A stretch of 64,000 nt of DNA from a virus (IMGVR_UViG_3300023174_000101:1-64000); one strand, 5' to 3'. Numbered from the stretch's first letter, positions 20,375 through 30,321 are shown. Made by a program: numbers and translations. The notes: generated by a model not told the origin, from the letters alone.

Positions 20375-22474
20375 CTACGCGTCAGTGATTAACTGACTTG
20401 TGTGGTTCTTCTTCTCGACTGTCCATTTGCTGTCAAAGTTCAGCTGATTCTTGATGTTCTTGTCATGTGTGATAACTATTATAGTGGACTTGCCTCCGGA
20501 CTTCATATGGTCTAAGTAATTGAATACACCCACGGCATTGAGTTCGTCTAGCGGCCCAAATATTTCGTCCAAGCATAGGATGTTTACACCGGACCCATGC
20601 ATTGTGGCCACCTTCCAAAACGCGCCGATAAATGCAAGTATGATCTGCTGCTTCTCGCCGCCACTGTATAAGTCGAATGGAACGTTTCGCTTCTCTCCCT
20701 CGGACACAATAATCGACATGTCCGTGGATGTGGTCCCGTCCACCTTCTCGCGGAAAGGTGTGACCCACACCTTAACCGAGTTGTCGGTTAGCACGTCTGC
20801 AAACTCTTGGGCTGTCTTGTTAAGCATGTCCAGCACGGACGCTAATTTGTGTGCCTTTATGCCCTTATCGCCAAATGTGCGTTCTACGATGCGGAGATAC
20901 TTAAGGTCCGATTCGAGGCTCTCTATATCTGCTTTTGCTTTGTCTATAGACTCTTGATACTTATTCCACTGCTTAATTCTACGATCAAGTTCTACAAGCC
21001 TCGACACTTCGCTGTTCTTAGTCATGAGGAAGCCCATACGCTCACGCTCAATCCCGGCGATTGTAACTTTTGGGTCCTGGCCCAAGCTGCTCTTCCTTGT
21101 GCGTAAGTCTGCAATACGGCTGTCGATGGATGCCACGTTGGCATTTATCATTTGGATCGCAGACTCTACATCCAATTTGTCCATCTTGTACTTTACTTCT
21201 ACATCGTTGAGCTTTTGTACGACCAACTGCTCCCACTCTTTGTTCTTAGCATCAAGTCCCAACTGCAGCTTGGTTGCAGATTCTTCTATTTCGCGGATAT
21301 CGTTCTCAAGCTGCTTCTTTTGATCAAGTAGGTGATCAATTGTTACGATTGTTCTACAGCGTGTGCACCTACCTTCTCCGCTCATAATCTGCTCAAGGTC
21401 AAACCTACGCAGTTGTGCGGCGGACTTTAAGCTGCGGACGTCTTCTTCTAACTGATAGTACTCAGGCCCTTTGGATAGTTCACGTACTTGGGCGCAGTCT
21501 TTAATGTAGGCAGCAGCGAGTGAGGACAGATTCGCTTCTAGTTCATTCTTGCTGCCCACAATCGTGCGCATCTGCTTGCCTAGGTCTGTAATTTCGCTAT
21601 CAATGATAGCAATGCTATCAACCCAGGTAGAGCTGTCGTTCGTGGCTTCCAGAATGCGGCGTTCACAGTCTTTTATCTTGTCTTCTGCAAGCTGCACAGA
21701 GTCTTGGATGACAGGCCGCTGAGACTCGTCTGGCCTAGACATTATGGCACCTGCGCCGGATGCACCGGCCAGTGTTGCTCGTGCCTTGTCTGTCCGCGCC
21801 TCATACTCCTTCATTCGCTCCTTGGCCTTTGCTGCGCGCCTGTCCCATGCCGATATGTCGGACAGTTCAGACAGCACCTCAAGCTTTTCCTTGTGTGTGC
21901 CGTTTACGAACTTGAGGCTCTGCTGCTGTGCCAGGTAGGCCACGTTCATGAACTGTTGGTATGACATTCCCACGACTGTTTGCAGCTTTTTGCGTGTGGA
22001 TTTAGGGTCTAGTCTATGTTCCCCTGCTGCATTGGTCGCCCGTTCGTCCTTCCAGAGGCTCCCATCCCATCGCTCCAGGTATACGTCCGTACCGGCGTAT
22101 TTTTCCTTATTATTATGCCATTCGGACGGTTCAGATGCTACAGCATTGCAAGGATACTTATCCGTCTTCTTCCACTTTCTGGTGATAATTACCCGCCACT
22201 TATCCCCATTATGGTCGAGGAATGTGACCTTTCCGAAAGAACGACCAAGTGTCTCATTGACGATGGACTCACCCACATATCCGGTTGGGTTCTTGTCGAA
22301 CAGGATGGACGTAAGTGTATTTAGTATCGAAGTCTTACCCGCGCCGTTCGCAGACCCGTTCCGGTCGTGGTTCAGGCCCTCAAGCAGGACAGTGCCCATG
22401 CCGTCCAAATGGACGGTTGGGTGCATGCCGAAGCTGAAATACCCAGTCGGGTTTACATCAAGAACGGTCAGCAT
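20375..22474 (-). CDS. SbcC/Rad50-like SMC ATPase (T4 gp46-like)
   Basis: Walker A GSANGAGKT, coiled coils, CTRC zinc hook, YSGGE signature, LDEIF Walker B, ITH loop. Confidence 0.92.
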   Translation of the reverse strand: MLTVLDVNPTGYFSFGMHPTVHLDGMGTVLLEGLNHDRNGSANGAGKTSILNTLTSILFDKNPTGYVGESIVNETLGRSFGKVTFLDHNGDKWRVIITRKWKKTDKYPCNAVASEPSEWHNNKEKYAGTDVYLERWDGSLWKDERATNAAGEHRLDPKSTRKKLQTVVGMSYQQFMNVAYLAQQQSLKFVNGTHKEKLEVLSELSDISAWDRRAAKAKERMKEYEARTDKARATLAGASGAGAIMSRPDESQRPVIQDSVQLAEDKIKDCERRILEATNDSSTWVDSIAIIDSEITDLGKQMRTIVGSKNELEANLSSLAAAYIKDCAQVRELSKGPEYYQLEEDVRSLKSAAQLRRFDLEQIMSGEGRCTRCRTIVTIDHLLDQKKQLENDIREIEESATKLQLGLDAKNKEWEQLVVQKLNDVEVKYKMDKLDVESAIQMINANVASIDSRIADLRTRKSSLGQDPKVTIAGIERERMGFLMTKNSEVSRLVELDRRIKQWNKYQESIDKAKADIESLESDLKYLRIVERTFGDKGIKAHKLASVLDMLNKTAQEFADVLTDNSVKVWVTPFREKVDGTTSTDMSIIVSEGEKRNVPFDLYSGGEKQQIILAFIGAFWKVATMHGSGVNILCLDEIFGPLDELNAVGVFNYLDHMKSGGKSTIIVITHDKNIKNQLNFDSKWTVEKKNHTSQLITDA

Positions 22475-23570
22475 CCAGGATTATCTCCATGCCAATGGCT
22501 TCAAGTTTTGTGCGGTTAATGTCCGTAAACTCTTCGGACTTCGAACGGACGTAATCTAACCATTCATCTTGGGGCGTGCCAGTCTTCTTGATTGCAGTAA
22601 GTAGTGGTACTTGGACGATGTGTTCAAGGTTAATTTTGATGGACCGCGCACCACTCTTAGCTTTGAGCTTGTCGTGTAGTTTCGACGCCTGGAATCCATT
22701 AAAGACGTCTGCGCGGCCAGTAAATGTACATTTGACGACATTATCCCTCCATTTGTCACCGATGTTCTTAATGAAATTCTGTATGTCGTCATCCGAGTTT
22801 ACGACCACATCTTCTTTGACGAATACAGGATACTTAAGTGGAATACGCTCTACGTTTACATTCTCGTCAGTAAGAGTTGCGTACACACACCCACGTTCTG
22901 AGCCATAGTCGCCCCAATTGTGCTGTAGTGGCGCACCTATGTACAGGCCCAGTGTATTAGAGAAGTCTAGGTCCTGCGGCTGGTGATTATCGCCACCGAG
23001 TACTAGGTCGTAAATCTCTCGGTCTAGTAAGGCCGGGCTCACGCCTTCCGGCGCAACCATGCCATTGGTGTATTTAGACCCACGGATAATATCATGGAAT
23101 AAGGCTATGCGGAAGTCCGCATCGCCGTCCACTGGCAGTTCTTGCCCTCCGAGCTTATGTCCCGCTGGAACTGCGTGAAATTCTACCTTAACGCCGCTCT
23201 TCGTACGTACAGTTGTGGACCCAAGCTTGTCGAGAACAGTTACGTTCGGCATTTCGTTCCTGAACAATGGAACTATACCGAACGAATGTTCACTGTATGG
23301 GGACTTAGTGGCACGGTCGTGGTTGCCTACTAAGATTATGACCTCTATGCCTAGATTCGCTACATGCCATAGGGACTTCATGGCAGTGAGCATAGTCTCA
23401 GTAGTGGGATTGCGGCTAAGGTATCTATCTCCACAGAATACTATAAAGTCTGGGTCTCTTTCTTTCGCGATCTGGATTACTTGGTTTTCTACTTCTACTA
23501 CATCTTGGATTGTGACGCCGTTTGCGTACTGGTGGAAGTGAATATCACTATATGCCAGGATACTGATCAT
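22458..23570 (-). CDS. SbcD/Mre11-like nuclease (T4 gp47-like)
   Basis: SDIH, GD, GNHD, FH, GDNH motifs, GAPLQHNWGD; adjacent to the SbcC-like gene. Confidence 0.9.
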   Translation of the reverse strand: MISILAYSDIHFHQYANGVTIQDVVEVENQVIQIAKERDPDFIVFCGDRYLSRNPTTETMLTAMKSLWHVANLGIEVIILVGNHDRATKSPYSEHSFGIVPLFRNEMPNVTVLDKLGSTTVRTKSGVKVEFHAVPAGHKLGGQELPVDGDADFRIALFHDIIRGSKYTNGMVAPEGVSPALLDREIYDLVLGGDNHQPQDLDFSNTLGLYIGAPLQHNWGDYGSERGCVYATLTDENVNVERIPLKYPVFVKEDVVVNSDDDIQNFIKNIGDKWRDNVVKCTFTGRADVFNGFQASKLHDKLKAKSGARSIKINLEHIVQVPLLTAIKKTGTPQDEWLDYVRSKSEEFTDINRTKLEAIGMEIILDADRS

Positions 23571-24397
23571 TTAGCCTCAAGATCAAAGATAGGGCGGTTC
23601 TCGTTGTTAATGGACTTACGATACTGGTGCCAGCCACGGAAATTGCCCGACTTATCGTTTGGGTCTAGCATTGGTGTGGCCTGATGCTCGAATGGCGATG
23701 CGTGTGGCTGCTCAATTAGCTTTTCCAGCAGCTTCAAGTCCTTCTCTGGATTTGGAGTAGACCCGTCGTGGTTCAGGTATGACACACGTGCACAGCGGGC
23801 TACCGACATGTTCTTGCACTTCTCAACGCCGTATTTCTCTACTTCCTCGTTTGTGATGAACGGCATATGCCAGCGCCCATAGTCCAAATGCTTAGGCGTA
23901 CTCGCACGTTGTGCCTCAATCATCTTGTTGGCTAGCTCCCTAAATTCCGGCTGTGCATCCTTGTGCGCACGCAGGTTGTACAGATTGCCCCACTCGGTAC
24001 CCGTACACACGACCTCAATATAGAACCAAGGCTCAAGAATACGGTTCGCAATTTGCTTGTGCAGGCCAATCCACTCGAACATCTTGGCTACGCCGCACAT
24101 GGCCAGGCCAGACAACACCCATAGAGCCTTTGCAGCCTTGAGCCTCCAGCCAACAAGTTCATCGCCCGCCTGCATTCCAGGCTTATTCGCACCCCAATAC
24201 ACGGGCATTGCGGGGTCCGTCATTACGCTCTTGATGAACTTGTTGACTGGAATCGCCCTGGAGCTTGCCGCATTGCGGCTGAGCATCCGGTGAGTCATGA
24301 ACTCCGCATGGATGAACCTTGGGTATCTAAGTACGAAGGTGGTTAGCCTTCTGCCCGACATAGACACGCTGTCTGCGACTATCCGTGCGGAGATCAT
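23567..24397 (-). CDS. thyX: FAD-dependent thymidylate synthase
   Basis: AEFMTHRMLSRNAASSRAIP, HKQIANRILEP, AQPEF, CARVSY, HASPFEH. Confidence 0.9.
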   Translation of the reverse strand: MISARIVADSVSMSGRRLTTFVLRYPRFIHAEFMTHRMLSRNAASSRAIPVNKFIKSVMTDPAMPVYWGANKPGMQAGDELVGWRLKAAKALWVLSGLAMCGVAKMFEWIGLHKQIANRILEPWFYIEVVCTGTEWGNLYNLRAHKDAQPEFRELANKMIEAQRASTPKHLDYGRWHMPFITNEEVEKYGVEKCKNMSVARCARVSYLNHDGSTPNPEKDLKLLEKLIEQPHASPFEHQATPMLDPNDKSGNFRGWHQYRKSINNENRPIFDLEAK

Positions 24398-24398
24398 T

Positions 24399-24632
24399 TT
24401 ACTCTAGCCTCTTGGTCGAAGCAGTCTTCACCGTAATGCATGTATCGCAGGCTGGGCACTCAATAACTGAATCGTAGCCGCCATTCAGGATGGCCTTTAC
24501 GAACATGTTGCGGTCATTAACGCTGCACGTTGTGCACTCGGTCGTGGTCTGGTAGTGGTATCGCTTACCTTGCACCACAACGTTGCGGCTGTCTGGTGGT
24601 GCTGCACGGTCGTCAATCTCATACTTCGCCAT
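24399..24632 (-). CDS. Small zinc-finger protein
   Basis: CTTC...CPAC; packed in operon. Confidence 0.6.
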   Translation of the reverse strand: MAKYEIDDRAAPPDSRNVVVQGKRYHYQTTTECTTCSVNDRNMFVKAILNGGYDSVIECPACDTCITVKTASTKRLE

Positions 24633-24903
24633 TGTCTTCCTCCTCGGAGCTTTGCTCCTGCTGCATGTTAAACTTCTTCACCATGTCCCTGTATGCGCGG
24701 CTGGACTCAATCGTGCGCAGAAGCATAGAGACCCTGGAATTTACACCTGGGATATCAAGAAGAAGAGACTTGGCCTCCTTTTTGATCTGCTCGTCGTCCA
24801 TTTCCTGCACAAGGTTCAATGTGTTGTGCACATTGTCCATCGTTGCCATGTATGACCGCATGCGGCGTACTACATCCAGTAAGTCTGAATCTGTGATTGC
24901 CAT
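24619..24903 (-). CDS. Hypothetical protein
   Basis: 94 aa, abuts neighbours. Confidence 0.6.
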   Translation of the reverse strand: MAITDSDLLDVVRRMRSYMATMDNVHNTLNLVQEMDDEQIKKEAKSLLLDIPGVNSRVSMLLRTIESSRAYRDMVKKFNMQQEQSSEEEDNGEV

Positions 24904-25739
24904 TATACTCTCTCAACCTCCCCAATCTGGTTCTGTACGTCGTACTTGATTAGATCTAAGTAGTGCCTTAAGCGCATCTGCACAGCCTGCCTCGTGACTT
25001 TGTACTTCCTAGATAATTCTGCGAAAGTCTCTTCTTCTTCCGCTAAGTATCGGCCTTCTAGAATTCCCATGTCCTTGGCTGGCACATGCTTCTTCATAGC
25101 CTTAATAGCTAGGTCGTACACCTTATTCATGTCCATTTTATACTGGATTTCTGACTCTATGTCAGTTCCCGACTTGAGCATATTGCCCAGGGCACGCTCG
25201 TAATTGTCGGCTTCATTTGGATCGCCAAGGATTTCAGAAGTAGACTTTTCGCCAGCTATCTGCTGCAGCACACGCTCCACCTGATCGTCGGTCACTTCAA
25301 GAAAGTCCTTAACTTCGCCTACGAGTTCGCTCCACCCAAGCTTCCCGCAGTGCTTAGATTGCACGTATGCGCATGCCTTCGAGAACGTGTGCGACAGTGC
25401 GTACGAGCCCTCTGTGCTGATATACTTCACGTTGCGCGTCTTAAATGTGTAGTACTTGTATATTAAGTTCTTGATGTGCCAGCGGGCAAAGGTATTCAGG
25501 TTAACGCCACGGCTTGTGTCGAACGACTTCACCCCGGCCATGAACCCGATGCACCCCTCTTGGAACAGGTCCTCGCGCAGGTCATTGTCGTGTTCATTAG
25601 CCTTAACGATGTCGCCAATGATTGCGTAAATGAGGCCGTAATTTTCCTTAAGAAGCTTCTCACCTGCCCACTCGTCGCCATTCTGATAGCGCGTGACGAG
25701 TTCGTATTCCTGCTCTCGATTAAGTGCGTACTTACCCAT
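24903..25739 (-). CDS. Sigma-70 family sigma factor (RpoH/sigma32-like layout)
   Basis: Region 1.2 LNREQEYELV..YQNGD, region 2 EDLFQEGCIGFMAGVKSFDTSRG.NLNTFARWHIK, region 4 TFAELSRKYKVTRQAV. Confidence 0.9.
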   Translation of the reverse strand: MGKYALNREQEYELVTRYQNGDEWAGEKLLKENYGLIYAIIGDIVKANEHDNDLREDLFQEGCIGFMAGVKSFDTSRGVNLNTFARWHIKNLIYKYYTFKTRNVKYISTEGSYALSHTFSKACAYVQSKHCGKLGWSELVGEVKDFLEVTDDQVERVLQQIAGEKSTSEILGDPNEADNYERALGNMLKSGTDIESEIQYKMDMNKVYDLAIKAMKKHVPAKDMGILEGRYLAEEEETFAELSRKYKVTRQAVQMRLRHYLDLIKYDVQNQIGEVERV

Positions 25740-28700
25740 TGATTTGATACCGTGCCCGTAGCGTTGCTAGTCCTGCGAAGTCGTTTGGTCGGATGAACGC
25801 GATGTTCTTGAGCATGACTACATGCCCCATATTCATGATTTGGTCAGACAGAGTGGCGATTTCTCCGCCAATCTGTAGTGCGACTGTGTTGGCAGTCGGC
25901 ACATCTGCGGCGTAATAACTATTGATTGGGATGCCATTGCTTATAGGAGTCACGCCATTCACGTAAATCGTGTTCTCGCCCAATCGGAACTTATCCTCCT
26001 GGATGGTGCCAGTAATCAGCGCCATGCTGTTGTCTGGCACGCGGTTGAACACCTGGGTCGCCAGCGGACTCCATACCATAACCTCGATGTTGCCCATCTG
26101 GTCACCCACCCGCATGCGTAGGAAGGGATCGCCTTTCTTCGTGGTCTTCATTTCGCGGGCTTCGACTACACCAGCCACCACCACGCGGCTCCCCACCTGC
26201 TGCTCCTGCAGCTGGCTCGGCGTAATCATATTCAAGTCTGGGAAGAGATTGAATAGTGGCTGGTACTGCATGACTGGGTGGGACGAAATGTAGAAGTTAA
26301 GCACCGCCCGCTCAAACGCGAGTGCCTCCTGCTGGTCCCAGTCCTTGTCGTCGATTACGATTTTGCTCAGCACTTGGTCGCGGATAAGGTCATCACTCAC
26401 CTTGCCTTCGAACTTCTTGATGATCTTTTGGATAAGCTCTACGTTCTCGAACTTGTTCTTGTCCGTGATGCTTGAGTCCCAATTGAACGCCCCTGCCTTA
26501 ATCAGGTTCTCCTTCACCGTCTTGTTGCAGCGGGTGTACGGGGACATCCGCATGCAGAAGTCTACGAAGTCCTTGAATGGACCCTTTTGGTCACGTTCGT
26601 TAAGAATAGCCTCCACAGCCGTGTCACCAGCCATACGAACGGAGAACAGACCCATGTAAATAGCGTTCCCATCCGTGTAGAATTCGGACCGGGAATTGTT
26701 GATATGTGGCGGCAGGACCTTAATACCCTTCTGGATAATGGATGATAGCAGGATTTTGAGTTGGTCATTGTCGTCCAAGTTCACGTTGAGGAGTACCGTG
26801 TAGTACTCGTACGGGAAGTGGGTCTCCAAATAGGCGGTTACGTACGAAATGTAAGAGTACGCGATGGAGTTGTGGACTACGAACCCATTTGCAATGAAGT
26901 TCGGGTCCTGCTCCATTTCCAGGTCCCATACATGGGCTGGTTCGTCCAATTCAATGTTACTAGTTACGTTCCAGCTATAAATTATCTTTTCATGATCAAT
27001 AATGTGTGTATTAGGTGCGGTGTCGAGTTCAGTAGCGACCCCAATGTCGTTGTAGCTAACTGCCAGACTTGTCTTAGCAGAAGCGACACGAAGCGCATTG
27101 CTTGTATTGAGTGTGGAGTCGATACTGTCGTTGGCAAGTGGTCTCACTCTAGAAGATGTAGGCCCTGTCAGGCCAGAACCGACCCGTATGAGGTCAGCAA
27201 GGAACTCATACTCAGTCTGCACGCCAAGGGTTTCCCATCTAAACAGATTCGCATCATGCTTCCCTTTAAGGCGTCCAGCGCCAGCCTCTCTAGAAAGCTT
27301 AAGCAGTGGGGAGTCGGAGGCAACAGGGTTGGAGTTATTACGCCCGAAGTCATCGCCATGATAGACGACATAATCGCCAATGATGGCGTCACTAGCCAAC
27401 TCGCCATCGCCAAGCGACTTGCAGCCAATGGAATATTCGTTAACCCCAAATCCATTTATAAATTTATTAGGCGCAGAAAGACCGTTGGCAGAAGCTATAG
27501 GAAGAAAATTAAGCTCTCTATCACTGACACTGTTCTTGAGAGGGACGGAGGCGCTTGTGTGATTTGTAAATCCACGAGTAGGCTCCAGGTCCATCACATA
27601 ATTCCGTACAGTATTGTTCAGTCTGACCCCATATGGGATCTGGTCACCGTTTGCGTTAGGTGTCACACTGACGTCGAAATTAGTTACAGGAACCCCCTTA
27701 TTAAGCATTTCAACGCTGTCCCCAGGGAGAAGCTGGTCGGCGTTTTTATACGCCTTTTTGGAGGACAGGATAGGGTGGTTGCCTGTACAGGTGATAGACC
27801 TGCCGTTAGCAGTGATGGTCCTGACGGGCTTGATACCATTGTCGATAACATCAACGACGCGATTTCTAAAGAGATCGCCAGTATCGTGTCTGACACTCCA
27901 TAGCTCTTCGCCAACCTTCACGTCCTGAATGTCAACCCACCCACGCTCGCAGGTGAGCACATTCGTGCCTTCCTTGAGGCAGTGGCCCTTATTCCAGTTA
28001 TACCGTGCAGAACCCGCAAGCTTGGCCGTAATATCGTCCATGAACTCCTTGGTGTGGCCGTTCTTCATGCCGAATTCACGGAGCTTCTGCTGCACGGCTT
28101 CGAACTTTACCTTGTCCTTCTTGCCGATTGCAGACCGGTACTCATCGGCCTCTGTCTCATTGAACCCGCCGATAATGCGGGCGATGGACATAACCTGCTC
28201 TTGGAAGATACACACACCCAGGGTCGGGTCGAACACTTCCTTGAGCGACGGGTGCCACACTTCAATCGGCTCTCGCCCGTGTCTGCGCTCAAAGTAGTGC
28301 TCCATGATTGACAGTTCCTTGCCAATCTTGAGCATGGGGCCAGGGCGGTATAGGGCGTTGAGTGCCACTAGGTGGTTAAACTCAGTAGGATACAGCTGCC
28401 TAGCTGCCGTACGGATGCCTGACGAGTCGTACTGGAAGACCGACACGTACTTACCGTTTGCAACGTTATGAAAGGTCGCGGCATCGTCTAGTGGGAAGCC
28501 CTGGTAGTCAAGCTTAATCCCGTGCCTGCGCTCGATGAGTTCAAGCGTGTACTGAATCAGGTCCATCGTCTTAAGACCCAACATGTCCAGCTTGAGCAGG
28601 CCGAGTTCTGCGATGTCCTTCATGTCGTACTGCGTGACACGGTAGCCTTCTGCAGAGTCCCGGATTAGGGGCACATGCTCCTCAATCGGGTCGTTCGAAA

Positions 28701-30321
28701 TCACAATGCCTGCGGCGTGTGCGCCCAGGTTCTTATTGTTGCCCTCGAGCTTCTCCGAAATGTCGATCCAGTTCGGGGTCTGCTCCATGATTTGCTTTGC
28801 CCGACCCACCGACTCTACAAGCTCGCGTACGTGGTCGTCCTTGGTCACATCGTCGCCAAGTAGCTTGGACACCTGACGGCGCACAGCAGAGGGGACACCC
28901 AGGGCTCGGCCCACGTTGTCGATTGCGGCCTTCGCCGCCATAGACTGGAACGTTACGATTTGCGCCACCCGCTCCTTGCCGTAGCGGGCCACGATGTAAT
29001 CGATAACCTCTTTGCGGTGCTCCTGCGAAATATCGGTATCGATATCTGGCAGGTCCTTGCGGCCCTCGTTGATGAAGCGTTCGAAAGGAACGTCATGCGT
29101 CACGGGATCCATGCCGATGATATACAGGCAGTAGCAGACGAGCGAGCCCATGGACGAGCCACGTCCGATGGGCGGGAGGATTCCACGCTTACGCATTGCC
29201 CCATCGATAATGTCTGCGATGATGAGGAAGTAAGACGAGAAGTTCTTGCGCTTAATCATGTCCAGTTCGAACATGAGGCGCTCTTGGTGGACCTTACTAT
29301 CCGCCAGCCCACGTTCGGCCAGACCCTGCCATGCCTTAAGCTCGAGGAGCTGCACACAAGCCTCTTCGGACAGGGCATCGCCATTGTCGATGCGGAACAG
29401 GGGAATCTGGGCCGGGTGCTTATTCGACGTCAGCTTAAACCCGTAGTCCTCCACCATCGAATTAATAAGTTCGGTATTGGTCAGCGCGGACTCCGGAATG
29501 TCTGCAAGCTTGGCCATTCCGTCCATCTCCTCCGCCGTCTTGAACCAGTATCCTTCGCCGTTGAAGCGCCAGTGGGACGGGTCCGCTAGGGTCTTGTTCG
29601 TGCCCACGCAGAGTGCGACCTCGTGCGCGGTCTCGTCACCCTTGCTGGTGAAGTGCGAGTCGTTGGTCAGTACGAGCGGCACACCGTGGCGATTGGAGAT
29701 GTCAATCAGCGCCTCGTTGACCACATCCTCCTCTTCCCCAATGCCGTGGTACATAAGTTCCAGGAAGAAGTTCTCACCGTGAATGGCCCGCATCCGGTCG
29801 ATGACTTCTATAGCCTTGTCCTTTTGTCCTGCCACGATGTAGCGGGATGTAATGGACGCCAGACAACCGGACATCACAATCAGGCCATCTTTATACTGAG
29901 ACAGCACGTCGAGGTCGATACGGGGCTTCTTGTAAAAGCCTTCGCGGTACGAAATCGTGGACAGCCTCTTGAGATTCTCGTATCCCTGGCGGTTGCGAGC
30001 GAGGACCGTAAGGTGGTATGCGTGGTACGAAATATCGCCGTTCTCGGCGTCCTCAGACGCCTTCGCCTTGGTGGAGTACGTGCGCCCAAACCGGCTGTCC
30101 GGTGCGACGTAGAACTCAGTCCCGATGATGGGCTTGATGTTCACATCCTTGCACGTCTTGTAGAATGAAATGGCATTGAACACGTTGCCGTGGTCCGTAA
30201 TGGCCAGCGCCGTCTGGCCGTACTCCTTCGCCTTGCGGGCCAGGTCCTCGCGGCGGGAAATACCATCTAGGATGGAGTAGGTGGTGTGTACGTGCAGGTG
30301 TGTGAAATTCTTAATCGTCAT
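25732..30321 (-). CDS. dnaE: DNA polymerase III alpha subunit (family C) with intein
   Basis: PHP motifs HLHVHTTYSILDG, TDHG, TNDSH; GRGSSMGSLV; catalytic PDIDTD; KLDMLGL; ALYRPGP; C-terminal OB fold. Confidence 0.97.
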   Translation of the reverse strand: MTIKNFTHLHVHTTYSILDGISRREDLARKAKEYGQTALAITDHGNVFNAISFYKTCKDVNIKPIIGTEFYVAPDSRFGRTYSTKAKASEDAENGDISYHAYHLTVLARNRQGYENLKRLSTISYREGFYKKPRIDLDVLSQYKDGLIVMSGCLASITSRYIVAGQKDKAIEVIDRMRAIHGENFFLELMYHGIGEEEDVVNEALIDISNRHGVPLVLTNDSHFTSKGDETAHEVALCVGTNKTLADPSHWRFNGEGYWFKTAEEMDGMAKLADIPESALTNTELINSMVEDYGFKLTSNKHPAQIPLFRIDNGDALSEEACVQLLELKAWQGLAERGLADSKVHQERLMFELDMIKRKNFSSYFLIIADIIDGAMRKRGILPPIGRGSSMGSLVCYCLYIIGMDPVTHDVPFERFINEGRKDLPDIDTDISQEHRKEVIDYIVARYGKERVAQIVTFQSMAAKAAIDNVGRALGVPSAVRRQVSKLLGDDVTKDDHVRELVESVGRAKQIMEQTPNWIDISEKLEGNNKNLGAHAAGIVISNDPIEEHVPLIRDSAEGYRVTQYDMKDIAELGLLKLDMLGLKTMDLIQYTLELIERRHGIKLDYQGFPLDDAATFHNVANGKYVSVFQYDSSGIRTAARQLYPTEFNHLVALNALYRPGPMLKIGKELSIMEHYFERRHGREPIEVWHPSLKEVFDPTLGVCIFQEQVMSIARIIGGFNETEADEYRSAIGKKDKVKFEAVQQKLREFGMKNGHTKEFMDDITAKLAGSARYNWNKGHCLKEGTNVLTCERGWVDIQDVKVGEELWSVRHDTGDLFRNRVVDVIDNGIKPVRTITANGRSITCTGNHPILSSKKAYKNADQLLPGDSVEMLNKGVPVTNFDVSVTPNANGDQIPYGVRLNNTVRNYVMDLEPTRGFTNHTSASVPLKNSVSDRELNFLPIASANGLSAPNKFINGFGVNEYSIGCKSLGDGELASDAIIGDYVVYHGDDFGRNNSNPVASDSPLLKLSREAGAGRLKGKHDANLFRWETLGVQTEYEFLADLIRVGSGLTGPTSSRVRPLANDSIDSTLNTSNALRVASAKTSLAVSYNDIGVATELDTAPNTHIIDHEKIIYSWNVTSNIELDEPAHVWDLEMEQDPNFIANGFVVHNSIAYSYISYVTAYLETHFPYEYYTVLLNVNLDDNDQLKILLSSIIQKGIKVLPPHINNSRSEFYTDGNAIYMGLFSVRMAGDTAVEAILNERDQKGPFKDFVDFCMRMSPYTRCNKTVKENLIKAGAFNWDSSITDKNKFENVELIQKIIKKFEGKVSDDLIRDQVLSKIVIDDKDWDQQEALAFERAVLNFYISSHPVMQYQPLFNLFPDLNMITPSQLQEQQVGSRVVVAGVVEAREMKTTKKGDPFLRMRVGDQMGNIEVMVWSPLATQVFNRVPDNSMALITGTIQEDKFRLGENTIYVNGVTPISNGIPINSYYAADVPTANTVALQIGGEIATLSDQIMNMGHVVMLKNIAFIRPNDFAGLATLRARYQING
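26869..27981 (-). mobile_element. DnaE intein, 371 aa, inserted at NKGH|S
   Basis: Starts CLKEGTNV, block B TCTGNHPI, ends VWDLEM..DPNFIANGFVVHN followed by Ser; no LAGLIDADG or HNH motif in its own frame. Confidence 0.95.
26992..27903 (+). CDS. HNH homing-endonuclease-like protein (Zn ribbons + HTH + HNH) encoded antisense within the DnaE intein
   Basis: CIRC, CQTC, CIEC, CRPC; two HTH-like basic segments; VLERDGGACVICKSTSRLQVHHIIP...DLVTVCVRCH HNH motif; ATG 26992 lies at the border of the intein insert. Confidence 0.8.
   Translation: MINNVCIRCGVEFSSDPNVVVANCQTCLSRSDTKRIACIECGVDTVVGKWSHSRRCRPCQARTDPYEVSKELILSLHAKGFPSKQIRIMLPFKASSASLSRKLKQWGVGGNRVGVITPEVIAMIDDIIANDGVTSQLAIAKRLAANGIFVNPKSIYKFIRRRKTVGRSYRKKIKLSITDTVLERDGGACVICKSTSRLQVHHIIPYSIVQSDPIWDLVTVCVRCHTDVEISYRNPLIKHFNAVPREKLVGVFIRLFGGQDRVVACTGDRPAVSSDGPDGLDTIVDNINDAISKEIASIVSDTP

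Noticed and set aside
26761-26991. First 77 codons of the 380-aa ORF-track call
   Set aside because: Antisense of extein and intein C-terminal blocks; motifs begin only at ATG 26992
26960-27730. Inverted repeats at the borders of the antisense HNH insert (invertible switch)
   Set aside because: No convincing inverted repeat seen by eye and no invertase in the window; should still be checked with einverted and reads
28960-30168. 209-aa and 181-aa + strand ORFs opposite the dnaE extein
   Set aside because: Shadow ORFs from codon bias; no recognisable motifs
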